A stretch of DNA of 64,000 nucleotides. Origin: Bugula neritina. Taxonomy: Eukaryota; Animalia; Bryozoa. Shown here in pieces: positions 14,401-28,200 of this stretch (its first letter is position 1; each line of letters starts with the position of its first letter). Under the pieces are notes generated by a model, which was not told where the DNA came from, did no database searches, and worked only from the letters and a program-made list of their open reading frames with translations. A program made the translations under genes and the position numbers. Location of the stretch: NCBI GenBank assembly GCA_964035545.1, contig OZ037771.1, positions 13,825,133 through 13,889,132 on the forward strand, written 5' to 3'.

Positions 14401-15382
14401 AGCTATACGCAGCGCTGTACAGCTGTGATGTAATAATTACTTTATAAATATCAATACGTAAGTTAGTGGCACACTGCTGAGTTAATCATGCCTTACGTTT
14501 CAAAGGTCTATTGAATTTACAACTTCATATCATACATATTATATATATTATATATGAATTATTATTAATATCAATTCTATCAGAAAATTTTGTATTTTAG
14601 TCGTTTTATAAAATAGATGATCTCTTCATATTTCTTTATTATAAATACAACACAATACTTACACAATCTAACTTCTTAGAAAACATATAAAAGAGGTGAC
14701 AATTCCATTTAAGGAAGTGCAATGAATTTGAAAGTAATTATGGCAGCTGTTATGATGTGCAACATATGTTCTTGCTGTATTTTATAAGGGCTGAACAGGT
14801 GTTATTCAAGCATACAACAGTTAATCATCATAAAGCATACACGTGTACTATTCACAATTGCTTGCAAAGAGTTGTACTGATTCATATAAAAAATGTTTTT
14901 TTATTAAAAACGAACACCCTGTGGAATACATTATAAATGGTGTAAATATAGTGTAGTATATGCTACATGCAGTACGGTAAATAACTTTTGTGTGCAGTAA
15001 AACTGCAGCTATTGAGTACACAAGTTATGTAATGATATAAAGATTTATGCTTCCAGTGGGATTAGAACTGCACCAACTTGCAAACTAGTACGCTAAGGGA
15101 GGGGGGGGTTACTGGGGAATCAATACTTTGCAAACTAAACAATGTGTTTCTGGAAGTTTGGCATTTAATTACAACATAGTCATTTTCTCAAGCCATTTGC
15201 ACATTTTTGTAAGCTGTAGTTAGATAGCCTCAAGCTAGCAGAGGTAATTTAATAGTTGAACTTGTTACCAATAATTAATATATTAAGTTGTGTTATTATA
15301 AGATAATATAAGGAATATAATAACATTATTTTATTATAGCAACACAGCTTTTACTGCTCAGTTTTTTAAAAAGTTACATTAC

Positions 15383-15406
15383 CTCTTCTTCATTGAGTGT
15401 CTCCAT
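15383..15406 (-). CDS. Candidate alternative first coding exon (METLNEEE)
   Basis: ATG GAG ACA CTC AAT GAA GAA GAG|GTAATG; phase 0, compatible with the acceptor at 6206. Confidence 0.4.
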
Positions 15407-17609
15407 TGTAAACAAAGTGACTATTATTAGAAATTCTACAAGAATTTAACTCGTGTCTATTTGCAGATGGCAGTTCCCGTTAAGATATAATATATCTCCT
15501 TGTAATATCAGTAGATTGAGTGAAGCAAATAAGCAAAATATTTACTCCCTTCAGGATACTAACTCAAAGCAGCTAGTATAAAACTCCAAGTAGAAGTATA
15601 TTATGATGGTTACAGTGACTCGAAACACAATTGTTACACTCCAAAGTCATGAAGTAAAAAGCAAAGTCTAATAGCCCCACTATTACTGGTAACAATGACC
15701 ATGTACTAGCTGATAAGGTTTTTATATGTAGACTTTAGACAATGTTGACTACTCTGATTAGAGACTTTACAATGTTTACAAATAAGATCTAGGATAGATA
15801 AAGGCTGGGGTCAGTTTCCAATATAATAAGTGTATGGAGACAAGTTCCTATACTATGAATGTTATGGGCTTTCCTTCCCTTCAAGTGCACTTGAAAGACT
15901 AAACTAGTCAAATGACAATGTAGACAAGAGCTTTTGCTATTTCTTCCCATAACCTGTGTGGCGTGGAGATAGCATTTATATATAACTAGTATATAACTGT
16001 AAACTATAGACACAATCCTTTAAATAGTAGTCAAAATAAAGTTTTATACCACATTTAATTCATTGTACTACAGCATTCGTTATTTGCTTTTCTAGTACAA
16101 AAAATTTTAGGCAATTTGAGAAGAATATTTTTTCATATAACAGACTGTAAACCTGTTTTGAAGCTGCCCATAATCAAACTATAAAATTAAAAGTGAATGC
16201 AGGGCATTATGAGACTTGTAGCTTTAATATTTATAAATTATTATATGTTTACTATATTTCTAAATATATCGCCATACTCTATTACCACCTATGCAATATG
16301 TCTACTCAAATTCATAATTTGAATGCATTAATTTTTCTATTAGTTATGCATGCATAAATATTGGATTGACAGTTTGACAATTTGATAATAATAAAAGAAA
16401 CAAGGTTATGATTTTAGAATTCAGATCAAATGTTAAACTAAAACCAAGCTAACAATTTACACATATAACATGCTACACAGTGGTAACACTTGGTGTGATT
16501 AACAACACGCAGTATGACCTGCACATGGCCTTATCACTGGTGTTATGTTACAGAGCAAACACAGGGTGTCTGTAGGTAAACATGTATTACAGAGCCTGCC
16601 ATTGTGTATGTAAAGTTTACTGCTTATCTTAACCAAGCAAATATACCATGCACACCTTGCCCATTACATATCATACCTTTCACGCCTATGCTCTTTAATA
16701 CTATAGCACATATATAGTTTGCAGTTTGTTTAAAACACATTCCTAAAATTACACGTAACGCTAAGCTCAATAATCTATAATAATCACTAATAATTTACTA
16801 TTGGCTGGGTTAACATAAAAAATAGGAATAGTTTGTAGATTAACCACATATATAAACAGTTGTGTGTATAGTTAATTATTCAACACATTGTTTACAGTTT
16901 CAAATCTGACATGGTCAACATTACTTCAAGCCAAAACTTGTAAACTCAATATAAGACAGAAAGCATTTTGTCTCCACACGTATAATGTCATATAGTGTCG
17001 TATGCCTCGTAATAAAATACGTAGTGCAGTATACTGCTCTATGCCAAGTGTCTGTGCTGTAGGCAATAGATGTATCAGTATCAGTACGAGTCGTATATAA
17101 TTTTAATAATTAGTTTATGCATCACCACCTTAATAAGCCTCAGTTTAACTTATTCATGTACACCTCAATTTAAATCCTGCTACACTTACCTGTTTGATAG
17201 AATTCCAAGCACAGTAAAAGTTTTGAGTTAGACTTGACAAGGAGAGAATGTTTCAAGAATACGAACAGTGCCCATGGAAGTAGTACTAGAAGTATATGTC
17301 GAAGCTGTGACACAAGGAGTTAATGTGCGTAACAATGCCAACTAGTAAACAGTTATGGCATTGCATTGTATATACTACTACAGATATTATTGTTGTTTGA
17401 ATTGAATGCAAGCAAAGTATTTATTTAGAATAGTAATAATTATAAGGTGTCATATGACACAATCAACAGTAGCATATGACAGGGGGGATAAATCATGATT
17501 TCTTCTTATTTAGAGCTAGTATTTATTGAACATGATTTTTGTGAATTAATAGAAGGGCACTTCCTACCGTAATTCAGCATAGGAAAGATTGTCCTTTAAT
17601 GCGCTATTT

Positions 17610-17700
17610 GCTGTAAAATAATTGCCCCCACCTGGAGTCGAACCCGAGACCTTTGGTTTGCTAGCTATCGGGCTAACCAATACACAACAGGAGCTACTAG
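17610..17700 (-). mobile_element. tRNA-derived SINE head, family B
   Basis: AGGTCTCGGGTTCGACTCC B-box region shared with the copies at 37665 and 47301. Confidence 0.65.
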
Positions 17701-19448
17701 GGGAATCTCTATGCTACACTTACAATGTCTATGGCTCTACTGTGGTTAGCACAGATCAGGCAGTTTTGGCATCAGTTTAGATTTACATTTCATTTGCATA
17801 AATCCTAATTCTGTGGGTTGACTACATAGGTGCTAGACTAGGGCAGATTTAAAACCTCTCTCTATTACAGCATCTGTCGTGTTAGATCAATGCCCTCAAC
17901 CACTAGGCAACAGCAGTCTTTTCATTTCCGGTTGCCATGGCTGATCAATTATTTTTTAATGTTTTCAACAAAATTAACAAGTTTTAAATAGATAGCTATA
18001 GTAACAACCTGTACAGATATAATTACACTTGAAAATTTCCCAGGACACAATGTCACATGATCAGTGGCGGTGTCACATTTGGTTTATGAGTCACTTTATT
18101 ATTATATTATTATCTATCAACGATTTATGGCACGATTGGGAGGCATTCATGATCAAAGTAGTGTGTAAAGACACTGTCTAAGTATAGTGTGTAAAGACTA
18201 AAGACACTGTCTAAGTAGTGCTAAACCTTTGCTTAAGTATCACTAGAAAGGGTCTTTGGCCCAAGGGGTACTCTTTAAAGTAATGTCAAATAATCATTTA
18301 AGACACTTTTTGGTCATAACTATTAATTATAAAATTATAAAAGACCAAGTTGATGAGAAAATGTTAATCAACCTTAGAAATTTGCACAAAATGACGTCTA
18401 ACAGTTGCCGTGCTACAAGAAAAGCCATATAGCTTTCTTTATAAATTGTTATAGTATAGTTTGGGATAAAGTATTGCACTTGTTGAAATGCTGTATTTGC
18501 AGGTTTTTGACTAAAAACAATTGTTACAAGGATTGTGATAGCTCTGAAAAGATTTTATGTAAAGTAGATTAAACTAATGTTGCTCAAATACTAAAAAATC
18601 TTCTTATGCTAATTGATACATTTTAAATTTTGATTTTCAGGAATTCTAATAACCAAGTTGTTTCCCCTTTTAACTAATATGCTCAAAAAGCTTCATTTCA
18701 TTGAGTTAATTATTTTTACAACTTAAAATACCGCCTGTGAAAGTTCTTCTATTGTAATAAGTTCCAATCAAGATTTGAAATTTGAAACATTTAACAGACA
18801 AGCCTCTTCTAAGTCCCAAAAGTAATAATTAAATTCAGTTTCAGTTTGAATTTCATATTTGAATTGGCAGGTGTTCACAGTTATCTATATACAGTAACAC
18901 AACAAAGAAGTAAACAAAGTTCATAAATTAGACTGTACAATGAAACTTTAATTTAAAGCATTATTGGGGAGGATTAGCAACCCTTCCACAAGTTTTATTT
19001 CGATAGAATCTTGGCTATTGAAAAATTGTTTGCTTTGATGCTAATGCAGATGGCAACTTGAGCTATTATTTAAATTGCTTGTCTAAATAATATAAAGAGC
19101 TTCTTGCTGCATAGACTGTAGATAATCTAAATGGTATACAGGAGAAAGCAATAAAAGAAAGCCAACTGCCAATCTAATTAAATGCACTTTTTGTTGGTGA
19201 TATTCTAGATTTACTACAAGCTTATTACACAAGTTGATACTTAACAGCCTAAAAACTTAGACGAAATGTTTTTTTAATTACTGTAAAAGTATATGGCATA
19301 AGGTGGGCTTTCAATTTTCATATATATTTGAAGAAGACAACAATCCTGAAATCTTTTCCTTGATGATAATCAGCTTCTATAACAAGTGACATATTATAGT
19401 ACCTGAGAATACCATATTTACCTGTTTATTATTAAAGTTCAAACTTAC

Positions 19449-22400
19449 CAGGTGATTACATCGTTTTTCATCATCATATTTCACGTCTGGCCACATTTCC
19501 ATTCGATGTTTCCAGAACTTTCTTTTTTCTCTGCTCCAGTCTTCCATTTGACGACGAAAACCGTGGTTAGGATTTGCAGACGGTCTAACGGCTCTCACAA
19601 CTCTGATAGCTGTGTTGATGTTCAGTGTAGTTCTGATGAGGAGGTAGACAACAATGATGGTAGAGCTCAGGGAAACCCCATCCAAACAGTGTACCAGAAC
19701 CGTTCCTATGGTAACAAGCTAACATATCAAGCATTTCCTTATTTAAACTTCACTGATGCATATATGAGTAAAATTGTTATAAATAAGTGAAAGTTAGGAG
19801 TGGATTACTGTGATAATGAGAAGGGGGTGACTATTATTAAATGATGTGTTGGAAGCTGATACTACAGTTTTAAACTTTTAAGTTAAAATTCATTATTAAT
19901 GCATAAAAACAAATAACTATGCTATATTTTTGTCTTCTAAAAACATCAAAAATTTAAATTGCTGTGATTTTGTTAACAAAGCTATTAAGTGGATATAAAA
20001 GCTGTTACCCCCCTGACCTCATAAACGGTTGCCAAATGTGGTCATTGGTATTACATTAGCTTGTGATGTAATAAAGCTATTCCAGTTCATGCACAGAGTT
20101 GTGTTGTATAATATATGATATAAATTATGTGTAATGCTTAATACACATATTTGGCACTATATCAATATTATTGTATTCCAAGAAACGTATCAAATAGCAT
20201 ATTTTTCTTCTCATTTCCTACCATGAGTGATGGTTTTACATATTGCATTGCATTTAGCCAAGCAAAATCTTGAGGTTATGTTTCCCTCCTCCCCATTGGT
20301 CACACAAAATAGCTTTTGATTTGATAGTATAACTGATACCTTATGAAGCCCAAACAACCAAACTCCAGGGGGACCACTTCACAATCTTACAAAATATTAC
20401 AAACCTATACATAGTTCTGAGGGGTTTTGCATACGTTCCCTGCTATCTCAGTACGCAACTATTAGCATAAAATTAAGTATTTGCTATGTTTACTAGTGTT
20501 GTTATGAATGCTTGGAATATTTATGAATAGAAAATGGAAAGCTAGTTATAACTGCAATCTACCATTACATTTCCTTGTTTATTCTGACAACCACATACGT
20601 AGTTTGAAAATAGTGCCTCGTTACACTCAACTCTTATTGCTAATATTTTCAAAAACATTTTTTAAAAACTTTTTTAATCAAAGTAAAATCTTTAGCAATG
20701 CTCAGCAATACAATATATTTGCTCTAATTTTTACTGAAGTTGCAATTTTAGTTTTCTGATGAGACTCACAACTGAAAGGCTATTGCCATACATGGTGTAT
20801 CATGTGATGTATCATGTGATGGGTCATGTGATATATCATGTGATGCACTGTATCATAATGGGCAGATGAATACACCACAATCTTAATGAAAGTTCAAAAC
20901 ACTGCGATAAGCAAAATAAAACTTTTTGTTCTCTTTGTTTATCTCAAAATTTGATTCAACTTTGAACTCTTTCCAGTAAGCAAACAAAAGATAACCTTAT
21001 TTGTCAACAAAGTAGGATTTAGTGATTTGAATAGCTTATTGTTTTTAGAGGGGGGGGAGGGGGGAAAGTAATATTAAATTGGTTTAATCTATTGGGTTTC
21101 TATAATCAAGCTTGAATCAGGGGTTTTCTTCTCATGCATTTAATTAGAATGCTTTTGTAAGTCATGGATTTCCTGTCCAGTAATAAGTATATAAACATTT
21201 TTGAAAAAGCGTAAACAAACCAGCGATAACTTTAGGGAAAAATTGTGAAAGTATTAGCATAAGCCAAAATACTGCAAACACAGTATAGGTATAGATGCAC
21301 GTTAAGAAGACAAGTTAACACTATGCTCAAACCAATAGAGTTGGTCAACTTATTCGCTGCGGTTGCTACATGAGCAAGGCCAACTTTTCTGCCAGACAGT
21401 ATTCCTGCGCAATATTAATTTGAATGAATCATTACTAGAAATCTGAGGAATTTGATTTTAAGTCAAATTATTAAAAAAGTACTACTTCACCCCTAGTAGA
21501 GACTGTCTGCCCAGCTTTTAGTATGTTGGTGTTGAGCAGACAATTCCGAATAAATTTATTCACACAAACTAGCTTGTGTTAGGTTTATATATGAATGTTG
21601 CTAGAAGCAGCACAGAATTGCAAGTGACTGAGCACAGTATTTGTATAGACACCAGGTTTTCCAAACTTCAAACCTCCTCCAACCAGTACACTCACATGGT
21701 GACCACCAGCTCAGTGCTGCTTCAATCTATTTTTCGTGTGTTACGTTTTTGACCAATATGCTAATTGAGTGAACTGCTCAATTTTAGTTGTTTAGTATTT
21801 AATAGATAGACAACTCCAACTCCCCAACTACCACTGGAACTAACATTGGGAGAGCTAATAAGGCTATTTTAAGCATAGACACTTTAATATAGAATATTAT
21901 TAGCGTTAAAAACAGTATAAGTAAACTAAGTAACAGCAACTTCTGTCCTGTTATTAGGTCACTTGCTTCAGTGCTGCATAAATCATATCATAGCAATTAG
22001 CCTGTATTCTAGATGTTATAACTCGAACTCACCTTCAATAGGCCGTGCTCTGTGTATAAACTCTAAGCATTCTCCAAAGACTGACACGACGTGCTGTTTG
22101 GGAGAGTCTTCAACCTCAACTATCAAGTACTGAATGTCTTCAAAGACGACCCTTTTACCGCTCTTGTTGTAAAGAGATAGTATATGGGTGATGGAATGTT
22201 GCTGCAGCTGCTGTGTGTTTATAGAGTCGCCATAGTTACCGATATACAGACCTTCCAGTACCTGAGAGAATTATAGAGAAAAAGTGGCTTGATTAAGGTG
22301 ACTGATGGTGCATATTCAAACATTGAGCATACAACTCCCAGTTCTCAATGCTAAAATGATAGTCATTCTTTTTATATGTTGCTATAGAAATATGTTTTAG

Positions 22401-22880
22401 AAGCAGCTATGGTCTAGTGGTAATAGCAAAGGGTTAAAGGCACATATATCACTCTGGTGACTAGAGCACTGGTCTAGTAAATACAAGATCATCAGCAGTT
22501 TAATCCCCCCAGTAAAAGCCTGTATGGTGATGTTAGGAAAATCATTGATTCACAATTTTTCCTGTGCCACAAGAGCGAAAAGGCCTAGGCCAGCTTAAAA
22601 ACCCTTTCCATCAGAGGTTGTCACAGGTCTATAGACTATAAACACATGTTAGTGTTTATAAAAATGTATGAATATAATTATACTTGTGGCAAATTAAAAT
22701 GTAATTCCATCTCTCATATATAATATACTTTTAATATCATTTCGCCAAAAAGAAGTCTGATGAAATACATCGCACGTTAACTATTAGTTAGGGGTGTCTC
22801 TGGTAAATCTGGGCCTGCAGAAAACAGGAAATAGACTGTGAAACTAGTATTTGTCTCACCTTGCTTATTCCATGTCCCAT
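19449..22880 (-). CDS. Atypical dual-specificity phosphatase-like protein (DUSP22/DUSP15 family), candidate pseudophosphatase
   Basis: Exons 22880-22860 (MGHGISK), 22261-22033 (VLEGLYIGNY...ITHILS...VEDSP...FIHRAR) and 19705-19449 (TVLVHCLDGVSLSSTIIVVYLL...VRAVRPSANPNHGFRRQM), all phase-compatible. The N-terminal MG motif resembles DUSP22/15. Joined to exons 6206-4313 it gives 438 aa. Confidence 0.9.
22400..22655 (+). mobile_element. tRNA-derived SINE, family A copy (DUSP intron 1)
   Basis: AGCAGCTATGGTCTAG head and GGTGATGTTAGGAA...CCCTTTCCATCAG...GACTATAAAC body shared with three other copies. Confidence 0.7.
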
Positions 22881-24379
22881 AGCCGGGTGTTGGTCACACG
22901 GAGAGAAGCCAGTCATTTAAAGTCAGCATCTAATAAACTGGCAGCGAAATTTGAAACACTCACTTTCCTCTGTTAATTAGTGCTAGAGTCAATATTGACA
23001 CAGGTTAGTACTGGTCACATGATTCTTATACCAACTGCATGTGTATATCTCACTTGTGTGTCATGAATATTCTAGTAGGTTACATTAGCTACAGATGAAA
23101 GTGGTTGTAATCCTTTAAGTTTTTGTTTCTAGCCAATCAGAAACTGTTCCTGGTCATAGAATACACTGCAACAGGGTATTAATTAATTATTGATTAAAGA
23201 TATTATGTATATGATACAGGTTTGAGCTAAATTAACAAAGATAAGCTGTGCTAATTGACAAAGATAGAACAACTTTCAATTCTACCTAATTTTACATATT
23301 TCCATGAAATACATTGCATGTGTGCATTACTCAAGGCTGTGCAATTAGCAGGTGCATGCATGCATAGTGCATGTAGTGTGTATATTATAGTGCTTGTAAT
23401 GTAAACTGTAGGATCACGATAAATAAGTTTTATTGTGTACAAAACATGTTAGATATAGCTAAGTAGTATTATAGAGAGAGTAAAATCGGTATACATAAAA
23501 GAAGCTTTTCATGGCTTGTTCTCATGAAAGCTTTTTTATCTGTTTATCTGAAAGCTTTTCATAGCTTTTTTTTTAAAGCTTGTATATCAACAATGCTATA
23601 ACACAACATATTATACTGTATATATAGATCTATTCGATATTGTAACACAAAAGTGTCTGAAGATTGATCTTTTTAGTGTTGAATATTGCATTTATAGAAC
23701 ATTACTTCTTTTATTATTAGATTGAGTAATTTATTTTTTCTATAAATAAACATTTCTTATATTAAAGTAAAAGTCAAACTCTCTGAAGACACGAACATGC
23801 AGAAGATCTGCACATATAGGCTATATATATTGGCTATTTAAAGTATCATGTATGTAATATAGGATGTTTGTATAGTTCTGTTTATATATGTATACACTAT
23901 AATAACCCAATGACAAATTCCTAATAAATTATACAAAAAAATATTTAAAATCTATGGAATGGTATATGTTACCTACGAGATTGTTATCAACCTAAAGAGA
24001 AATAATTCTTGCTTAAAATACAACTGATTTTCGAGTTAACATGAGAATACATCCAAAATTAGGCACACAATAATATAATACACAATTAATCCTTATGATA
24101 AATACTACTCACCACTCATAGTGATACTTTATACCTCACCTGATCATGCACTGCATGGTTACAAACACTGTATACACACACAGGGGAGAGATGTTGTACA
24201 ACAAACTAAACAGTTCTATTGTTTCGAGGCATTCAGGCTCCAATCTTTAATAAATTTACTGTCAGCTACACAAAAGCCTTCATAATATAAATTATTGGAA
24301 AATGCTGAACGCGGCTAAACTCTTTCCTGCTTTTATACAATGAAGGCTACTGAATGAATGATATACAGGCAATCAGTAT

Positions 24380-25191
24380 TGTAGCAGTTTTGTTAGGTCT
24401 GCTAGTAACCGCAAGCTTATCAGAGTAGGTTTAGGAATTCAACTGATGTCTTGTGAGTGTAGTTATTAGTATTTTATTCCAACTTATAACACTTTTGCTC
24501 ACAAAGCTACACCGTGAAATCTAAATAAAATACACACAATATAAGGCTAAATAAAGTACAAGAAAATAAGAACTGTAAGGAAATAACACACATAAAAATG
24601 ATTAAAGTAAGCAAAATATTACTGCATAATAATTCATTAAAAATAATGTCAGCTATAAAACACTTCATATAATATAAGCTAAATGTATCGATATTACAGC
24701 ATTAAGACAATAAATGATAGAAAAATTAATAGCAGACAAACCTTTAGCACTTCTCTGATAACTTGATAATACAGCTTCTGCTCTTAGGTTTCAATAGATA
24801 GTAATATATATCTTGTTTAATGTAAAATTATAAGTAGTATAACTTGCTCTTTGGCTCTACTAATTGAAACTGATCAGGATAACCAATGCTTTCCAACAGC
24901 AGCAGAATAATACACAAACAACAAATAAACAAAATGATGTGTTCCAGATCCCATTGGTCACCCAAATTGCACCACCAGCCCCAAGTAATTCCAAATAAGG
25001 GAACAGAAATATTCTGGCAGATTTGTTGTCTTAGGCTTTTGCAATACACTTGATTCATTGATTGTGGCTTTTGCTGCGCAGTTGTAGGAATTTATTGTTT
25101 TGTTTAGGGGCTATTAATATGCTATGATGATGGACTATGACACACGCACACACACAGTGTGCATGTAAACATGCTGCCAGCTACTGCTACA
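24380..25191 (-). repeat. 3' LTR (812 bp)
   Basis: Direct repeat of 30609-31420; one mismatch noticed by eye (G25126 versus T31355). Confidence 0.97.
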
Positions 25192-25226
25192 CTCCCACCT
25201 TAATTTTACAAAAATTAAAAGAGAAT

Positions 25227-28200
25227 TTACAATTTTATTTTAGCTTTAGCTTTAGCTTTAATTCTCGTCTCAGCTTCATGGAGACTCTCTGCGGAACATG
25301 GTTTAACACACCAGGTCTTCTTTTCATTGCGATGAATGCTTCGGATGACTGTGATAGAGCGTACAAGCTTTGACCAGGTGGAAAATTTGAGAAATTTGTC
25401 AATAATGCCAGTTGGTCTGATAGCGGTTTGCATAACTTTCGCTTTCTTTATCTCGGGATCTTGGGGATCAAGGTTGCTTATGAAATTTTGCTCTTGGTTT
25501 AAAAGAGTGATTGTAGGCTCCTTGAGAAAGCCTGGTCCTGAGAACCAGCTTGTATTGGAGAGTTGATCGCAGGGTTTACCCCGAGAAGCGATGTCAGCTG
25601 GATTTAAAGGTCCAGGCACATGGTACCACTGCTTTTCTTCTGTGGTGGATGTAATAGCCCGTACTCGATTGTGGACAAAAGAATGATATTTCTTCGTGGT
25701 GTTGGCTATCCATCCTAGCACAATTTCTGAGTCTGACCAAAAGTACTCTGCATCAAACTTCATATCTAGCTCCTTGTGAAGCATCTTACTCAGATGAGTA
25801 GCCATTACAGCACCCATAAGCTCTAAGCGAGGCATTGTGAAAAGTCCTTTAGATGGTATTACTCTTGACTTTCCTATCAAGAATGAGACTTGCACATTGC
25901 CTTTGTTGTTGATTTGGCGTATGTATGAGCACGCACCAATTCCATCTTCACTGGCATCGCAAAAGTTGTGTAATTCACGCCTTACAACTTCTCCGTAATT
26001 CTTCGGTTTCAAGCATCTTGGAATGCTGATTTGTTCTAAGGCTGGTAGCTGATCTATCCACCTGCTCCATTTGTCGGCTAAGGTATCAGGAATTGGATCG
26101 TCCCAATCCAGATTGGCCTTGTTGACCTGCTGTAGTATATTTTTTTCTAGGAGTGTGTATGGAGCCAGGAATCCTAATGGATCATATAACTGACTGACTG
26201 TTGATAAAATTCCCCGTCTAGTATTTTGTCTGTTCTGGATTTGATTGATAAACTTGAGCGTGTCTGATTCCATGGCCCATTGTAAACCCAAGGTGCGCTG
26301 TTCAGGTAGTAACTCCATTAACTCTTTGTTCTGAACAGATCTTTCAGACTCTGGCAGTGCTGCTAGAACTTCTGCACTGTTAGATGCAAACTTATGTAAG
26401 CGCAAGTTTCCCTTGCTGCAGATGTCACGAGCCGCATTTATAAGCGCAATGGCTTCGCCTTCTGAGGCAACACTGGTGATACCATCATCGACATAAAAGT
26501 CACGGTTGATGAACATTGTGGCCGCGTTGGAAACAGAGCTATGGTCCTGTGCGATTTTTCTCAAGCCATATGTTGCAACACCAGGGGAGGACTTTGCACC
26601 GAAAAGATGCACCTTCATTCTGAAGGTTTGATGTTGGCCATGTTGGTCATGCCAAATAAACCGGAGATAATCTCTGTCATCAGATGTGACAAGAAAGTTA
26701 TAGAACATTTGCTGTATGTCACAACTGATCGCTATAGATTCTCTTCTAAAACGGCACAGTATTCCTACAAGGGAGTTCATGTGGTCAGGGCCTTGTAGGA
26801 GATGGTCATTCAGGGATGTGCCCTGGTAGGAGGCCTTACAGTCAAACACCACCCTCAATTTATTCTTCTGGGGATGCTTCACTGCAAAATGTGGTATGTA
26901 CCACCTTTCCCCATTTGCTCCACTGTTATCATCTACTGGCTCAGCCAGATCTTGCTCCAGGAGCTCATTCATAAATTTTTTATAATCAGCTTCCAGTTCA
27001 GGGTCTTTCATAAAGCGCTTCTCTAGGCCCTCTAGCCTTCTCTTTGCCTGTTGAAAGTTATTTGGGAGAGTCGGGCGCTCCTTGAATGGCAATGGCATCA
27101 TATAGTTGCCGCTTTCACTAATGGCTGTTTGACTATCTAGTATCTCAATAAACTTGTAGTCTTCTTGTGAGAGCAAACAGCTGTCATCATTATCGTCAAA
27201 AGTAAGACAAGTTGCATGAACCTTTTGTTTGGTGTGTGAGCTTTTCGCGACACCAAACACAGCCCAACCAAGCTCCGTTCGAAGGGCGTATGGCATGTTA
27301 CCACCCCCTTTTACAGCTTCCAATGGAAATGAGGCCATTGTACAGTTAGCGCCAATCAAGAGACCTACTGGTATGTCCATTGGGGGTGCCAGTTTACTGG
27401 CCAAGTGGCTGAGGTGCGGTTGCTGTAGTATGTTCGTGTGATTAGCAAATTCTCCAGTGGAGTTGGGTATTTCGTTCCATTCATAGGCAGATGAAAGAGC
27501 TACTTCACCGCCGTAATATCCTTTAATTAGCATATCATCAAAGATGTTGACTTCCTCCTTTTGAACTTCACCAATCATCGTTTCTACTTCAACCGATTTT
27601 CTTCCAAGCTGTCGTGGTTTCAGCTTTTTGGCTAAGTCTTTTGTTATGTAAGAGTGATCTGATGCAGAGTCAAGAAATGCATACACTAGAATCTTGGCTT
27701 TAGGATTAGCAGTAGTTGACACATACACAGGCATCCCCATGTTGAATATCTTGTTATGTGTAGGCGTTCTTGTGTTCTTACTTGAGAGTTTGGTTTGATC
27801 TTTATTGTCTTGTGCTGAAGGTGGCGATCGACTGTCAGGCCATTCTGCTGCACTTGTAATCCTGTTAGAAGTCTGAGTAGTTGAACAGTTAGATGGTGAG
27901 GCTTGGATGTCACTCTTTTTCATCTGTTGTTCACTGCTCTGCTGTCCTGATGATGGCTGTTGAGAGGCGTATTTACTAGGCCTTTTGTGCTCTGTTCCTT
28001 GGTTCTCTTCATTCCAGTCTTCTTTTGTTTTGTGTAGGCATGTAGCATGGCCAGGCCTTTTACACTTTCTGCAGATCTGCTTGTCATTGTAGAAACAATT
28101 GGTAGCCATATGGCCAGGCCGGGCACAGATGTAGCACAGCATTTCACTTGTTACAAATTTCATGCGTTGGCTGTAGGGTTTCTCGCATAGCTTGAAACAC

